The position numbers and the translations under genes are program-made. Of a stretch of DNA of 32,909 nt, positions 18,561-31,452 are shown in pieces (the first letter of the stretch is position 1; each line of letters begins with the position of its first letter). The DNA is from Raillietiella orientalis. Lineage: Eukaryota. The stretch is from positions 124,001 to 156,909 of the forward strand of contig JAYWIR010000112.1 in assembly GCA_036172245.1 (NCBI GenBank), in the 5' to 3' direction. The notes under the pieces are model-generated. The model was not told where the DNA came from, did no database searches, and was given only the letters and a program-made list of their open reading frames with translations.

Positions 18561-21500
18561 GGATAGAAGACGTCACATCTCACCTTTCTATATACATTGA
18601 TTTCTTTAGTATGCAGTGTACCAACGCTATAGTTATACAGCAGTGCTCGATTAAGGTACCGCTACCAGCACTTACCAGCACTCTTCAAGCTCTCTGGAAA
18701 ACGTTGAAATTTCTGAAGGATCCAAATGGAAAAGAAGTTTGATACCTGATGTACTTGTATTTAAGAGGAACTGTTGCATCCATGGACCTCAAGACCAAAA
18801 GAAGTCCTGGTCAGCAGGCATATGTTTTTATCCCTGCTGATTGAGGCAGCCATGACTTTCAAAGACATCTCCAATGAAGCTTTTGTCACAAGGAAATAAT
18901 TGGACCCAACTTTTGAAGAGCCAATTCATGTTAAGGGGTCATCTAAAATGTAAAACCTCTCTTTGCCATCCAAGCCTCACTTGAAATGAAAAGCGTTGCT
19001 CACCTGTAAGATCAGCCGAACAACATGCGCACAGAGAGGGCGACAGACACCATCGTCTCTTTAGCGCAACCAGGAGAGAAGGCTTTTCTTGTAGAGTACG
19101 ACCCAATATACTTTACCACCAGAGCGGATGTTATTGCCTTAGAATGTGGACCTGCAGCCTTTTTCTGATCGCTCGCTCGGCGACTCTGAGCTGCTTCCAC
19201 ACCTTGCAACATTCGAAAGAGCTACTTCCCCTCCGGCTGAAGTTCTTCCTCTCAGAGTAGACAGGGCTGTGAGAAGCTTTCTGCTAAGTGATCAAGAAGA
19301 AAGCAAAACTCAAAAGGCTCGTTGTCATCGAAAAGAATCGTCAAGCCAGCGAAGTTAATCCCGAAGGAGAAGCCATCCACCACCCCAATGTGCGTAGTGC
19401 TTGGTCTGCTCCTGTTGAAAAGAGAGGACGTCGCTCAGGGAGCTCGAGAACCTCAAAGCACTCGCTTGAACGTAAACCTCACAGTGGATTGACTTGCTAA
19501 ATACTTATTATGCGGAAAAAAATACTCCCTTCTATTTGAAAAAGATTGCATGAGAACAAAATGGAAGCGGTTGCCAATACGCAGTGATTCCACTTTTTTT
19601 CCCGCTACCTCATTGCAGCGACCCAAATGTGCTCGAGCCATCCCGTAACAGTATGATCTACAAAATCCATGTGATTTACTGCGGAATAGGAATGACTTCA
19701 AAACATATGTTCTTGGTACGTAAGGCGGAATTCCTCTTTATCTTTGATTACCTTGTATTTGGATTTTGTTTGAATGAGTTGCTGCTTTCAGGGAACATGT
19801 AAGGGCAGGCCGGCTTCCAGGCTCTTTCAGGCAGTTTTATCTGACCAACTACGAAACGGTGTGCAGCTGCCTACCCGAAACCTTTGCGATATTTCTCTCC
19901 GGCGAGGAACGAATACGACCTAGAAAATGGGATTGCCATCTGTGAGGATATTGCCGGTTTTCTTTTTCAGCACTTGCGTCTAGGTTTGAGGATTTCGTGA
20001 TAACTGAATGTGGGCTGACCTAATTGTGTAGCCGGAAACACTTGTTCAACGGTGGAATCTGCATTTATGCTCAATAAATAACTCTCACCTTGCAGTTTAC
20101 CATTACAACTTACGTGGCGTCTTGTTGCCGCATCGAAGTCTCCAGTGGGCATCAGTAGGCAATCCACAGAAATCCGGCGGAATGATTCTCCCTAGGATGT
20201 ACATGGTGAGAGTATTTTCAATCCTTCTCTCCTCAGTTAGGCGGACGGTAATAACATGCGTGCCCACTCTTTAGTGGAACCAGCGCATAGTGGCAAAGCT
20301 TCGACCGGTCGGCTTGTTTCCTTCAAAGTTTTTCTCCTCCTTCACAACACATAGTGGGCAACTGAGAGCTCCTCGGCCTGCATCTTTGGATGCTTGAGCA
20401 GTCAGTCTTCTACTTCCGCGGTTGCCAACCGCGAATCGCGACTACTGGCAGTTCGTTGCTTCTATGCGGATTGGCACTCGTAATCGTTTCTCGAACCGCT
20501 GTGGGATGCAGCACGCGCGTTGCCACTACTCACAGATAGCACCGTTAGATGCGGATTGTGCTCAACTTTGATCCTACCTTGCATCATTACCATTAGAATT
20601 GTTATACTATTTTTTCGGATGACATGACGACGTTTCTTGTTAAACTCTCAAGCTTATGCGGTAATGCGCTTGCGGGTGCAAAGATGAAGACTCCTCAGGT
20701 AAAATTTCATCAGAAGCAGACTGAAACTTATGCTGTGCGATGCTCAGGATGCCTTACCGGTGAAGTGCGGAACTTCAGAAGGCTTCCGATGTTGAGGTGC
20801 ATCTCAGGATAACATCGCAGTATTCTAGGGAGGGCAAAAACAAGGAACTGTACATATCAGTGGGAATCGTTGAGTTGTTCAAACTTAACCACAAGGAATG
20901 CGCGGCGCTGTAATATCGAGAAACACTGTTTGTTTCTGTCGAAGACTTTCACGCGCGTGGGGATTCGAGGTGGTTTCATGCCACTTGGGTTCTTTTGCTA
21001 CATCGAATCCTGGATCCTTCCATGGATCAAGCACAACGTTGAAAAATTTCGCAAAAAAATGAATCATATATTTCAGCTGCTGCTGCAGGCGCTAGTGCTT
21101 CTCTTGGGAATCGGCATTCCTGCCGCAACCGGGTTGAGTTGCAAACAGCTCTGGGAGCACTTAAAATTTCGGAAGTTTACTGGAAATTGTTCGTTCTATT
21201 TGGAAATTCCGTTTGAAGACTCACCGCCTTTAACTGCTTGTAGGGCAGGATGGGGACCTGATACACGGCCAACGGAAAGTAGAGAACGATGCTCTGTCAG
21301 TGTCACGGTAAGATGACAATACACACTGAGAAATCATATCTTGGTTTCACCAGACTGACAATGGTCTCCCGGAGGATGTAAGCGTCTTCATGAACGGTGC
21401 CTGTAATGGTGCTTGCACATTTTCTCCTGAAAATGGGTAAGAGACCTTCCCATTTTGGCATCCAAGCATGCACGTTGCTTTCCCTTTTTTGCATTGATAT

Positions 21501-24500
21501 TTCCTCATGAATACCGCATGCAATTTAAATTTGGACTTCTGTTCTGCGCCTCGATGAGATTTTCATGACAGGATAAACGTGCAACTCTTTGCTTCTTAAT
21601 TTCCTCATTTTTAAAGGAACGAATGCATGTCGATGATCAGCGATGCTTTGTTTTCGTGGTGTTTTCATCACTCCTGATAAACCTGCAAGGAAATGGACCC
21701 TCGCAACTGTAAAAAAATTCACTGCGTGGCTCAGGGTGTTAAACTTTACATTAAGATTTTTTCCGATTTGAACACAGCTTTTGAGATGCAAATGAGGAAG
21801 TAAAAATGCAAACTCCTCATAAGAATGATTCAATGCGTTCACCAAACTCGCGGCATGAAAGCATCCATCCAATCCGTTGCTGGACAGACTTCCTTTTCAA
21901 AGAGCATATATTTCATTCAACCAAAACTGTATTTATTTCAGTGACCCTGTAGTTTTAAACTATATCCTGCGAATATCAACTCCGTTCAATGTTTCATGCA
22001 ATTTTAAAAAGAAATCTACATGCTGGCTGGAATTCGGTCCATATGAGTGATAGGGAGGTCCAGACAAAGGCGTAGAACATCATCCCGTAAAATACCTTGC
22101 AAGAACCTAATAATGATAGGAAAACTAATCATTTGTGGCTTTGCAAATAAACCGTTTACGGTTCTTATTTATTCCATTTACTAATATGGCAGCACCATCG
22201 AAGAAGCTCATCAATCCACAGAGCATTCAAACACTTGATCACCAGGACTGTGACTTACGTTCCGAGTCCCAAGTAACTGCAGTGCACACACTGATGGCAG
22301 TTCGAGAGTGAGGTGCGTCCGGGTGAAAGATCATCTGATCATCTGACCTGTTTGCGGACACCTTCAGTGCTCTTTCTGAAAGTCATGCAGATGCGCACAA
22401 TTGATGGGTCCCTAGAAGGAAATTTCTCGGCACATGCACAGCGTGCTGCTACATGAATAGGGAGCGAACTCGCTGCTTCGCCGTTTGAAAGCATTCGCAG
22501 CGATGGGTGGGTTTCCAGAATCTCCCGTCTGCGGCAAGCAGCCCAATGGCGATCAATGCACGGAATCGCACGCAACCGACCAGCCAAGTTTACGCCCGCC
22601 AGGCATAAGCAATCACGGCTTTACGCTGCTGCTATGCGTGTCCGAAAATTGGTTAACTGATACGAGAAGCGCGAATGTTGCACCTCATAATGGAATTGTG
22701 ATCGTAATCTGCACACCAATCCCGAGAATCATAGCGTTGCTTCCATATTCCGTGTGATTCAGCTAAGTCTGAGATGAGCACGTGAGAACCTCTCCGGAGT
22801 TTTTGTATGCAACCTGGAATCTCATCTGCGAAATTATAGCGGGAATTGTAAGTATTCTTCATCTACTGGACCACTTGGATGAAAACAACCAAAGTTACGT
22901 GTCTCAATAAAGCAATGCGTCTGCAACCTTGAGATGAGCCAGAATAACCTTCTATTTTGAGTTGTACGTGCACTACTCAAAGAATTGCGCTTAAACAAAA
23001 AGTTCTGGATTTGTCTTCAATGATCTCTTCTGTTTGGAGGCAGACTTGAATTTAGCACGCGATCAATGACGAAGGCTAAAGCAAGCTTCTGCAGCACCCC
23101 CCATGATTCTTGCAATGGGATATTCCCTATTCAATTTTCTCCTCGAAACATGCGAGGTTTTCAGCATATCATGCATGGAAAACATCGCGCGCATCTCTGT
23201 TACAGCTTCCTTACTTTCTACAGAGGATGCATCGTAGGCGTCTTCGCGGTCAATTGGAAGAATTCGCGCTTCAGCTGTTTCTGGAAGAAAAATTTCTATG
23301 GAACACGACGACCTACCCGCATTCCTTCTTACCAAGTTCTTGCCAACTGGTAATTCCAGTGGCTAAGGAGACTTCTAGCATTGCCTGCGTACCCCACTGA
23401 GGTGAGCAGAGGCAATCTCTCACCGATAGTCCATGCCGATGATTTCTCTAAATTATTTCCAAAAATTCTGCCTGCACTAATTTTTACTCTTTTCTTTCGG
23501 GCCATTTGCATCATGAACAGTTGCGTTACCTACTGTCCTCTGCTTCCCTTGATGATTCAACAGCTGATTGTGATCATTAAGACGACTATCTTCATCCATC
23601 ACATTTCTTCAGTCGCACTAATCCAATGCATGCAATATCGAAACGAATAACATCGTCTTCTCTCCTTCCATTTTCAGTTAATACAAATCTTATAGTTCAA
23701 TCCATATCATATCATCCAGATCACCACGGGAAACATTCTCTCTTTTGTATTCTGATATCGTCCCATCATTCTCACACCGCCATTTCCACTTGTTACCATG
23801 CAAGCAGCTGTAGCACTTATTCAAGGTTACATAGCCTTTATACTAAAAACTCTCAATTTACAAAAATGCATTCGATATCAACACACCCAGTCTGTTTTTA
23901 ACCCTTGAAGCAGAACTCAGCACTCACACTTTTTCAGCTTCACCGATAATTCTTAGACTAATCTTTACATACGCAAGAAGACACTCTTTTTCTATGTTAC
24001 AAATTTAGGTACATTTATCCAGCAGAACAGCAGTTTGAATTTCTGTGTATATTTGCAAAAATGAAAATTTGCAACCAACACTGCAACGTTCAAATCCATT
24101 CTGCGAAGAACTGTCTCACTCACTGCTTTCTTTTGAACATTCTTCAATCTTAGATTGTGAGTAAACTGAGAATTCACCTTCTCCAGACACTCGTTTAACA
24201 GATTTTCTGGATACGGATGGAATGCAATGGTCTTTGCTCGACAGTATTCACTGCTATGGTAATCCGAAGTTATTGAGTAATTGCTGGGTTTCTTTGTTCT
24301 AAAATGATTTTGTTTTGAAGTTTTGTTTTCTTACTTTCTTCTTCTTGAGGTCTCTCTGTGTAACCCACACATCATCGATGTCGAGTGAGTATAATTGATT
24401 TGAACTCAGGAATACCACTGTTAAGGCAATTCATTTCCTGAAATCAAAACACCTCAGAATTTCAGTAGACTGTCCTTCATACTGCTTGGCGCCTAGAGAA

Positions 24501-24649
24501 TTGTGGCGCATTGGTAAGCTCCAAGGAAAAATTCAGTACTGAATAGTAAGTAAAGATCATTCGGATCAACGTTCGAAAGGAGAAACACTTTGCCATCATG
24601 CCTGCTGAAAGGACTGAATATACGAAGACACGGTACTCAAACGCGGCAC

Positions 24650-24830
24650 TCGTGTTGCGTCTTCGGGGAGAAAACGCCCCTGATGCAGTAGGCTGTGGGG
24701 GTGGGCAAGCCTCCCCCACTCCTACCTCCATCGTGGTGTCCTCAGGTAAGGTTGCCATCGGACACCAACGATCTCGCACACACCAAAAACGCACAAAGAA
24801 ACCTTCCTAGAGACTCTTTCGGGAGCGCCG
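24650..24830 (-). mobile_element. 5' stub of an element (5' UTR and ORF1 start), homologous to 14015-14190
   Basis: RWCPMATLPEDTTMEVGVGEA matches RWCPLASLPVDTTMKLVVEEA. Both share ATCGTTGGTGTCC and GACACCACGATG. Confidence 0.75.
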
Positions 24831-24837
24831 GGAAAAC

Positions 24838-25427
24838 ATGTTTGCTCACCACGGCGAAGGCAAGGCAGTCAGAAACGAGCGGGCGTACCTTCATGCCCGC
24901 CATTATTCCAGGCGTCTTGACATCCGTCGCCTAGCGGAATTCAAAGCTGAGCAGATGTAGAAGGTCTGGCAGTCAGCTTCGGCCTGCCTGCTGGACCATC
25001 AGGGCCAAGAACGCACCAGCCCAGCTGAGGTAAGCCGTATCGTGCGACAGTTCTATTTGTCCTTATACGAGACTTTATCACCTGGGCGCCATTTCGCGCC
25101 GCGCCTGCTGCCGGATGGCGCTCCCGCGCTCGAGGAGAAAGTTCGTTCTAGGTTGACGGATCCGTTTACAATGGCGGAGATCATCGCCATCAGCAAGATG
25201 AAGAGAAGGAAGGCACCAGGGGACGACGACCTGCCCGCGGAGTATTACCAACGTTTCGCGCCAGAGCTGGCCCCCCTGGTGCTCAGGATAAGTACGCTGA
25301 TCCGCGAACACGGCGAAGTTCCCGCCTCGTTCCGGTCAGCAAAAATTCGTCTCCTGCCGAAGTCAGGATACCTACGCAACAATGGCAACTGGCGTCCCAT
25401 CAGCGGTGAATGCGGACGCAAAGTTGC
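24838..25427 (+). pseudogene. Antisense ORF2 fragment (EN-RT linker to RT NWRPI..NADAKL)
   Basis: ATG at 24838 opens MFAHHGEGKAVRNERAYLHAR. One TAG at 24958, then in frame with ORF 25042 (KAPGDDDLPAEYY, NWRPIS). Confidence 0.87.
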
Positions 25428-25432
25428 ATGTT

Positions 25433-26630
25433 GCCACGCGGTCACTCCGGGGCGTTTATTACAAATTCTCTATAATTCGTGGTACGAGGCCTCACTACGG
25501 CCAACTCAACTGGACCTGGCGGGTTGCCGGTACGCAGACCGGCGCGACTCTCCTCGGCAGCGGAAGGGGGTGGAGGGAAAAACAAAAAGAAAAATAAAAC
25601 ATAGAAAACAAAAACATTTGGAAGGGTTGGGGAGGGATCATTGACCACTGGGAGGAGCGTCCATCCTTTGCAGGATTCCCTCGAGGTCCGTTCGTATGAT
25701 TCCCAGGTGGGCCATCTGGTCGCAATCCGCAGGTAGCGGACTGCAAGTACGACGGCATCCCTATCGTGGGTCGGGCTTCTGACCTGGCTCTAGCACGTCA
25801 CAATCCCGCGGACGCAGCAAAGTGCAGCCAGGGCAGCGGCTGGTCGCAGGGCATCCTGCACGAACAGAAGCCGAAAAACGCCCCTTGGCTGCCTGCCATC
25901 CTGGATCCGTAGGGAGGCACGAAGAGGTTCCCACAGGTATCGGAGGGCAGCACAATCAACAAGGAGGTGGGAGAGGGTTTCCCGTTCCCCACACCTGACG
26001 CAGGCAGGATCTCCTCGAGTCCTGGTCCAGTGGTGGCGGCGTGCGTTGCAGGGTAGACCCAATGCAACAACAGAAGCGCCCAATTTTGCCACTTCAGGGG
26101 GAGGATCCTAGAACCAATTAATACCGGGGGCCACTTCAGGTAATCCAACTGGATTCCGAGTAGCTCGCCCCATCTCTCAAATCCTCTCGGCAGGACACTA
26201 GGGGTAGTGGCGTCCGCCAGTACCCTCGTATACCAGCCGCTTATCAACTCCTCCTTGCCTGCGATGCGGCAGGAATCTTGCCACCTAGGCTTGCGGCTGC
26301 TGGAGAGCGCCCTTTCCAGGAAGGGCATCGTCGTAGCTAGGGGAGTTGTCTCTGCTTACGTGCTTCTCGCGGGACACTAAACTATCTTCCTCAGAGTGCA
26401 GCGAGAATATGCGCCGCGTCGCAGGCAGTTCCACATTTCTTCATTTTGTTCATCAGTCTTCGCCCACGTGCCAGATGCCTCCTCCAGCCATGCGGAGGAG
26501 TTGGCGGGGTTGCATACCATCCAGCCATTTTCCTTAGCCAGAGTTTCCATGCGTCCCAGGAGAAGTCCGCATCTCTTGATCTTCGAGCGACGGCAAAAAA
26601 GATAAGACGCGAGACCCTGCTTCTGATTAC
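25433..26630 (-). mobile_element. 3' part of an element (ORF2 C-terminus with zinc finger, plus 3' UTR), divergent subfamily
   Basis: GLASYL..RCGL..SAWL, FERWGELL..LPLKWQ and DPACVRCGERETLSHLLVDC. TGA at 25640-25638, U-rich tract, GCCGGT-ctgcgt-ACCGGC, AATAAA at 25460-25455. Confidence 0.88.
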
Positions 26631-27227
26631 TACCCCCAGCCTTCTCCATATTACTCCTCAGAATCCTGCATTCAAAAGGACCTAGAGCAGGATGAACTTT
26701 ATATCCCCCCTTCACTAGAGTCCCATTTAGACCATCCATAAGAATTGATCTAACCATCTTCTCCCTCCATCTAGCCGGAAGTTCGTTGTTATGGATTGTG
26801 GGTCCTGGTTGTGAGAGTTCTAGTCGGATGATGAGTCTGAGGGAGGTGCCGAAGATACCAGCTCAGGCTCTGAAAATGAAGTATAGAGTTCCGATGTCTT
26901 TGTGATTAGTGGATATGAGTCATCGTTGAATTATTTTCATGAGATTTTATATTTTTAACTTTGAAGGTTAATAGTTTATTTAACTTATAATCTTAGGGTG
27001 GTAAAATGGCTGAGAAAAGCGGTAAATTGTAAATTTATTAATGATGGAATCTTTTATCATTAATGTAGTATGAATATTCTTGAGTTTATAGAATTGCAAG
27101 TTCTATGTTATATAAGAATTAATACACGTCTGGCAAGGAGTCGGGACGGAACGCACCAAGGGGTGCTCCATAACTTCGCTGCGATGGCGAAGGCTCGCCA
27201 CTGCAGCTAAATCTCTACTCTCTACGC

Positions 27228-27827
27228 ATCGGCGAGGAGGAACGCGCTCGTCTCGACGAGCCATTCACGTTGGAGGAAGTTTCTTCCGCCATCGCAGGAC
27301 TCAAGAGACGGAAGACGCCAGGTGAGGACGGACTGCCCGCGGAGTTCTATCAGAGCTTCGCGTCGGAACTCGCCCCACTGGTTCTTAGAATCTCGACGCT
27401 GATGAGGGTGACCGGCGATGTCCCTTCTTCCTTCCGCTCAGCAAGGGTGCGTCTCCTTCCGAAAGAAGGGGATCTGCGCCAACTCAACAACTGGCGTCCG
27501 ATCACATTAGTGAATACGGACGTCAAGTTGTTTTCGAAGCTGTGGGTCACGCGCTTACGGAAAGTCGCGGAGTCCGTGGTAAGCCCGGAGCAGTCTTACG
27601 CTGTACCGGGTAAATCCATGGATGCGAACCTTCTTTTCGCGCGCAACTGGTGGCAGCTTCAAGAGCGCGTTGCGCCGGATAGCCGAACAGCGGCAAGACC
27701 TTCTGCCGACTGCGTGCACCAGTGCGGACGGACAAGAGAAAGGCCGGGAGCCTTGGCACTAGCAGTAGATTTGCACAAAGCATTTGATTTTTACCCGGAT
27801 TTCTCCGGGTCGTTTATTGAAAAATAA
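27228..27827 (+). pseudogene. Antisense ORF2 fragment (RT N-terminal half ending at DLHKAFD), open frame
   Basis: ORF 27270..27827 reads KTPGEDGLPAEFY, NWRPITLVNTDVKL, SPEQ and DLHKAFD. The tail FYPDFSGSFIEK* is the antisense of copy E's 3' end. Confidence 0.9.
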
Positions 27828-28002
27828 ACTTTATAGAGTAATTATTAATGGGTGTGGCAATGCTCCAGCCAGAAGCTACGAATCACGGAGCCTGCCAATT
27901 CACCGGTTTCTAGACCGCTACGGTCCACCAAGGCAGCAAAGGAAAGGAAAAAAACAAAAACTAAACAAAAAGAAACAAAGGGTGGGAGGGAAGGGGAAGG
28001 GA
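27789..28002 (-). other. 3' UTR of copy E with AATAAA and a GAAA-tetraloop terminal hairpin
   Basis: Minus strand reads AATAAA (27818-27813), then ACCCGGA-GAAA-TCCGGGT (27810-27793), then AAAA. Confidence 0.82.
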
Positions 28003-31000
28003 TCACTGATGCTGCTGGGGCCGCATCATCCCTCTCAGGATGCTGACAAGCTCTTGTTTGTTATGAACATCCACGTGGGGCCATCGCGACGCCCTACTCA
28101 GGAATTGGGAGGCGCACTGGATGGCGTCCATATCCCTAGGTCCTTCCGTCGCCGTGCTCCAGGGGGCGACGATCCCACGAAGGCAGCACAAGGCTGCTAT
28201 CGAGAAAGCTGGCCGCAGGGCGACGGCATCGAAGAAGGATTCTAGTGCGTCCCTGGGGCTGCCGCAAGGGATACCGATAGCCTCGGCAAAGCGGAACCAA
28301 AGGGGCCGAAGGGCAACACAATCCACTAGGAGGTGGGGGAGCGACTCCCGTTCCCCGCACCTTACACAATTAAGATCCACCGCTGCCCAGGTCCACTGGT
28401 GACGACGGGCGTTGCAGGGGAGTCCCCAGTGCTGCAACAGGAATGCCGACTCTTGCCATTTTAGGGGGAGGATGGAAGTGTTCATAAGAATCGGGGGCCA
28501 CTTCAGATGTTCAATAGGAACATCCAGTAGCGCTCCCCAGCGCAGAAGTCCATTAGGGAGCGTACTCGGGCTCGCAGCATCAGTTAGCTGGCCCGTCTTC
28601 CACTCTCTCTGCTTCTTCTCCTTCCAGGGGATTTTTATTGGAACCTCTTACTTCGCCGCAACATCGCTGTCCAGATCTTCCATCAGGGAGGGCAGCGCAG
28701 CAGTGAGGGGGTTTCTTCCTGCCCACGCTCTCTTCTTTGGATCCTCCAGGATCTCACGGAGCGTGCAACTTCTGTAACACCCAAACAGGAACCTTTGTTC
28801 CTGATGGGAGGGTTGCAGGCCGAACTGTCCCCACGTGCGAACGGTTTCCTGCAACCAGGCACTACCGTTCGCGGGGAGACAGGTGATCCATCCTTGATTT
28901 TTTCTTGCCAGCGCAGCCACCCTCCGTAGTTGAAGCCCACATCGGTTGATGCGGCTTCGATGGAGTGCAAGAAACGACCTAAGTCCCGTCTTGTAAGTGG
29001 CTTGCTGAAGGAAGAGTCGTGCAGGGACGCACCAACAGGTGCACCACAACTCCAGCACAAGTGCTAAAATCCGGAACTGGAGCTGCAGCCCCAGCCGCTC
29101 CAATGTCAGGAGGCCGAGACCACCGTCCCGACGCGGAGCGCACAAGTCCTTTAAGCGGACTCGGGCCCTCCCGTTGCCCCAAAGGCGGATACGAAGGAGG
29201 TCATTCGTCCGCTTTTTGATCCTCTGTGGGGGGGGCAAACAACAAGCAGGGAACGGAGGAAAGGAGCCGCGAACATGTTCCAAACCGCGACCCGTTCAGG
29301 CAGGAAAAACCTGCCGCCTCGGAACGGGCCGATCTCCGTCTCTACTTTTTGGAGGCAGCCGGACCACGCTTCCGCAGGGGAGTAGTCCCCCAACGGCACA
29401 CTGAGGTACTTGAAGTACCTCATTTTGGGGATCCCCAAACGGACCCAGTCCTGCTGCCCTGCCCACGCCGCACCAACTGGCATCACGGACGACTTCGCCC
29501 TGTTCACCGTAAGCCCGGTTCCTCGATTCAGCAGGTCGAAGAACTTCTCGACCGCCAAAGCCGGAGTGGACATAGAAAGCGGTAGCAGGAGTTCGTCCGC
29601 ATATGCTGAAACCGCAGGCGTTCCAAAGCATTCATCCGGCAGGTGCGCCAGAGTTTCCCTGTACGCTCTCAGTACCAACTCAAAGTAGGTACTGAAGAGC
29701 AAGGAGCTCAGGCTGTCTCCTTGCCGGATCCCACGTCGCACAGGCACGCCGTGAACAGTATGCCCGCTGAAAGTTACATTGCTTTGCGAATCGCGCCAGC
29801 TAGAGCGCAGATAGGCCAATAATGATGCCGGGAAGCCCAAGCGTTCCAAAAGCTCCAGCAGGAGATTCTGGTCGACGCTGTCGAATGCTTTACGCAAGTC
29901 GACAGCGACCGCAAGTGCTCCCTCCCCCATCCGACCATCCGTCGCATGACTGACGGACTCACCGGAATTCCCGGTGCGCATCAAGCCCCTTTCGTGTTGG
30001 AGCTCTAGACAGGTGGAAGCGTGGAACAGGTTTGCCTCCATGCTTCGCCCCGGAACAGCATACGTCTGTTCCGGGCTGATGAAGGCGTTTGCAACCCGTT
30101 TCAAGCGCTCAGCCCAAACCTTAGCTATCAACTTGCCATCCGCATTCACTATTGTAATGGGACGCCAGTTGTTCATGATCCTCAGATCTCCTCCCCTAGA
30201 GAGAAGCCGCACCTTTGCCGAACGAAACCAGGCGGGAACGTCACCTGTCTCGCGTATCAGCAAGGTGAGTTGATGTACCAGGGGGGTTAGCTCAGCCGCG
30301 AAAGTTTGATAAAACTCCGTGGACAGGCCGTTCTCCCCTGGAGCCTTTCGCCTCTTGAGCTTTCTGATGGCCGAGATGATCTCGCCCATCGTGAAAGACT
30401 CGTCGAGGGACTTTTTCTCCTTTTCCTCGATCGCGGGAGCGCCTTCCGGAAGCAGGATTCGTGAGAAATCCTGCTCGAGAGGCGTTCTTCCGTACAGGGA
30501 GTAAAAACGCCGCCGCAGACCGCGGATCTGAGCGTTTACCTAATTTTCCCGGATCTGATCGCCCAGCAAGCTGCCCGATCCTGAATGCCAGATTTGCCTC
30601 TCGGCTCCCGCTTTGTATTCCGCCAGCCTGCGGATGTCGGGGGTCCTGGCGTAACGGCGAGCCTGCAGATAGGCTCGTTCGTTACGGACCCCTGTCCCAA
30701 GACCCGTAGGTAGGCGGTGCCGAGGGAACTGGTTGCAGAAATCCTGGACCGACCGTTTCAAGCGGTCCCAATCCTGAAGTGTCTGCATCCTAAAGCTCCG
30801 TATAAACGTGCAGAGAAGTTCCGTCTCTTCCTGGAGATTTAGCCAGTCCCCTGGCAAACGCCACGCTGACAAGGGTTGGCCCCTGTCGCGCGGATGGATT
30901 TCAATCACGATTGGTCGATGGTCGGACAACTCGCACGGCAACTTGCAGCACCTGCCCACACGAGTGCACAGGTGCTAGTCAAGGAACACGTGATCGATGT

Positions 31001-31452
31001 TGTCTTCCATCCCTGGTACACTGGCCAACAAATTGCAAGTGTGCACCGCCGCGCACACCTCGTTGAGCAGGTCACGCTCGTGATTCGGCACATCCGGTTT
31101 CAGGCGAACGTTAAAATCGCCTGCAACCAGATGGGCATTCCGCACGCCTGCCTCGGTCAACCAGTCGCGATGAAGGGCCAGGAAAAATTCTCTCCTGGCC
31201 CTCCTGTTCGTCAGGTGCGCTCCGCTCGGGGCGTAAACAATCTCGACGATCAGGTCGATCGAGTCGGAACAACTGAGAGTCAGCTGGTCGATACGACCGT
31301 GATCGTCGAACCGCACTCCACAAACGGCGGCCTCGATGGCGGGCCGAAACCGGTAGGCGACACTACAACTTCTCGATGTTCCACACCGATACCACAGCCG
31401 CCCTCCGTAGATGCGTTCGATCTCCTGCGCTCGTACAGTGCAGACGTGTTTC
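28003..31452 (-). pseudogene. ORF2 of copy E, lacking roughly the first 40-45 aa, inactivated
   Basis: EN in ORFs 30975..31316 and 30540..30959. A 412-aa open RT core (29151..30389) has DLRKAFD, GIRQGDSLS and YADE. The C-terminus is in 28648..29283 and 28003..28485 (CVRCGERESLPHLLVDC). Confidence 0.95.

Noticed and set aside
19010..20400. Possible ORF1 N-terminal relics on the minus strand (SALVVKYIG..RKAFS; AQASKDAG..TGRSF)
   Set aside because: The similarity is too weak to support by eye, although the position upstream of the 18.3-18.6 kb relic is compatible.
20600..24480. Short ORFs as host exons or another transposon
   Set aside because: No recognisable domain, no supported splice structure and no terminal repeats.
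29151..30389. 412-aa RT ORF as a functional stand-alone reverse transcriptase (retron, DGR or group II intron type)
   Set aside because: It is part of a broken LINE ORF2 flanked by EN and zinc-finger remnants, and its catalytic motif reads YADE.
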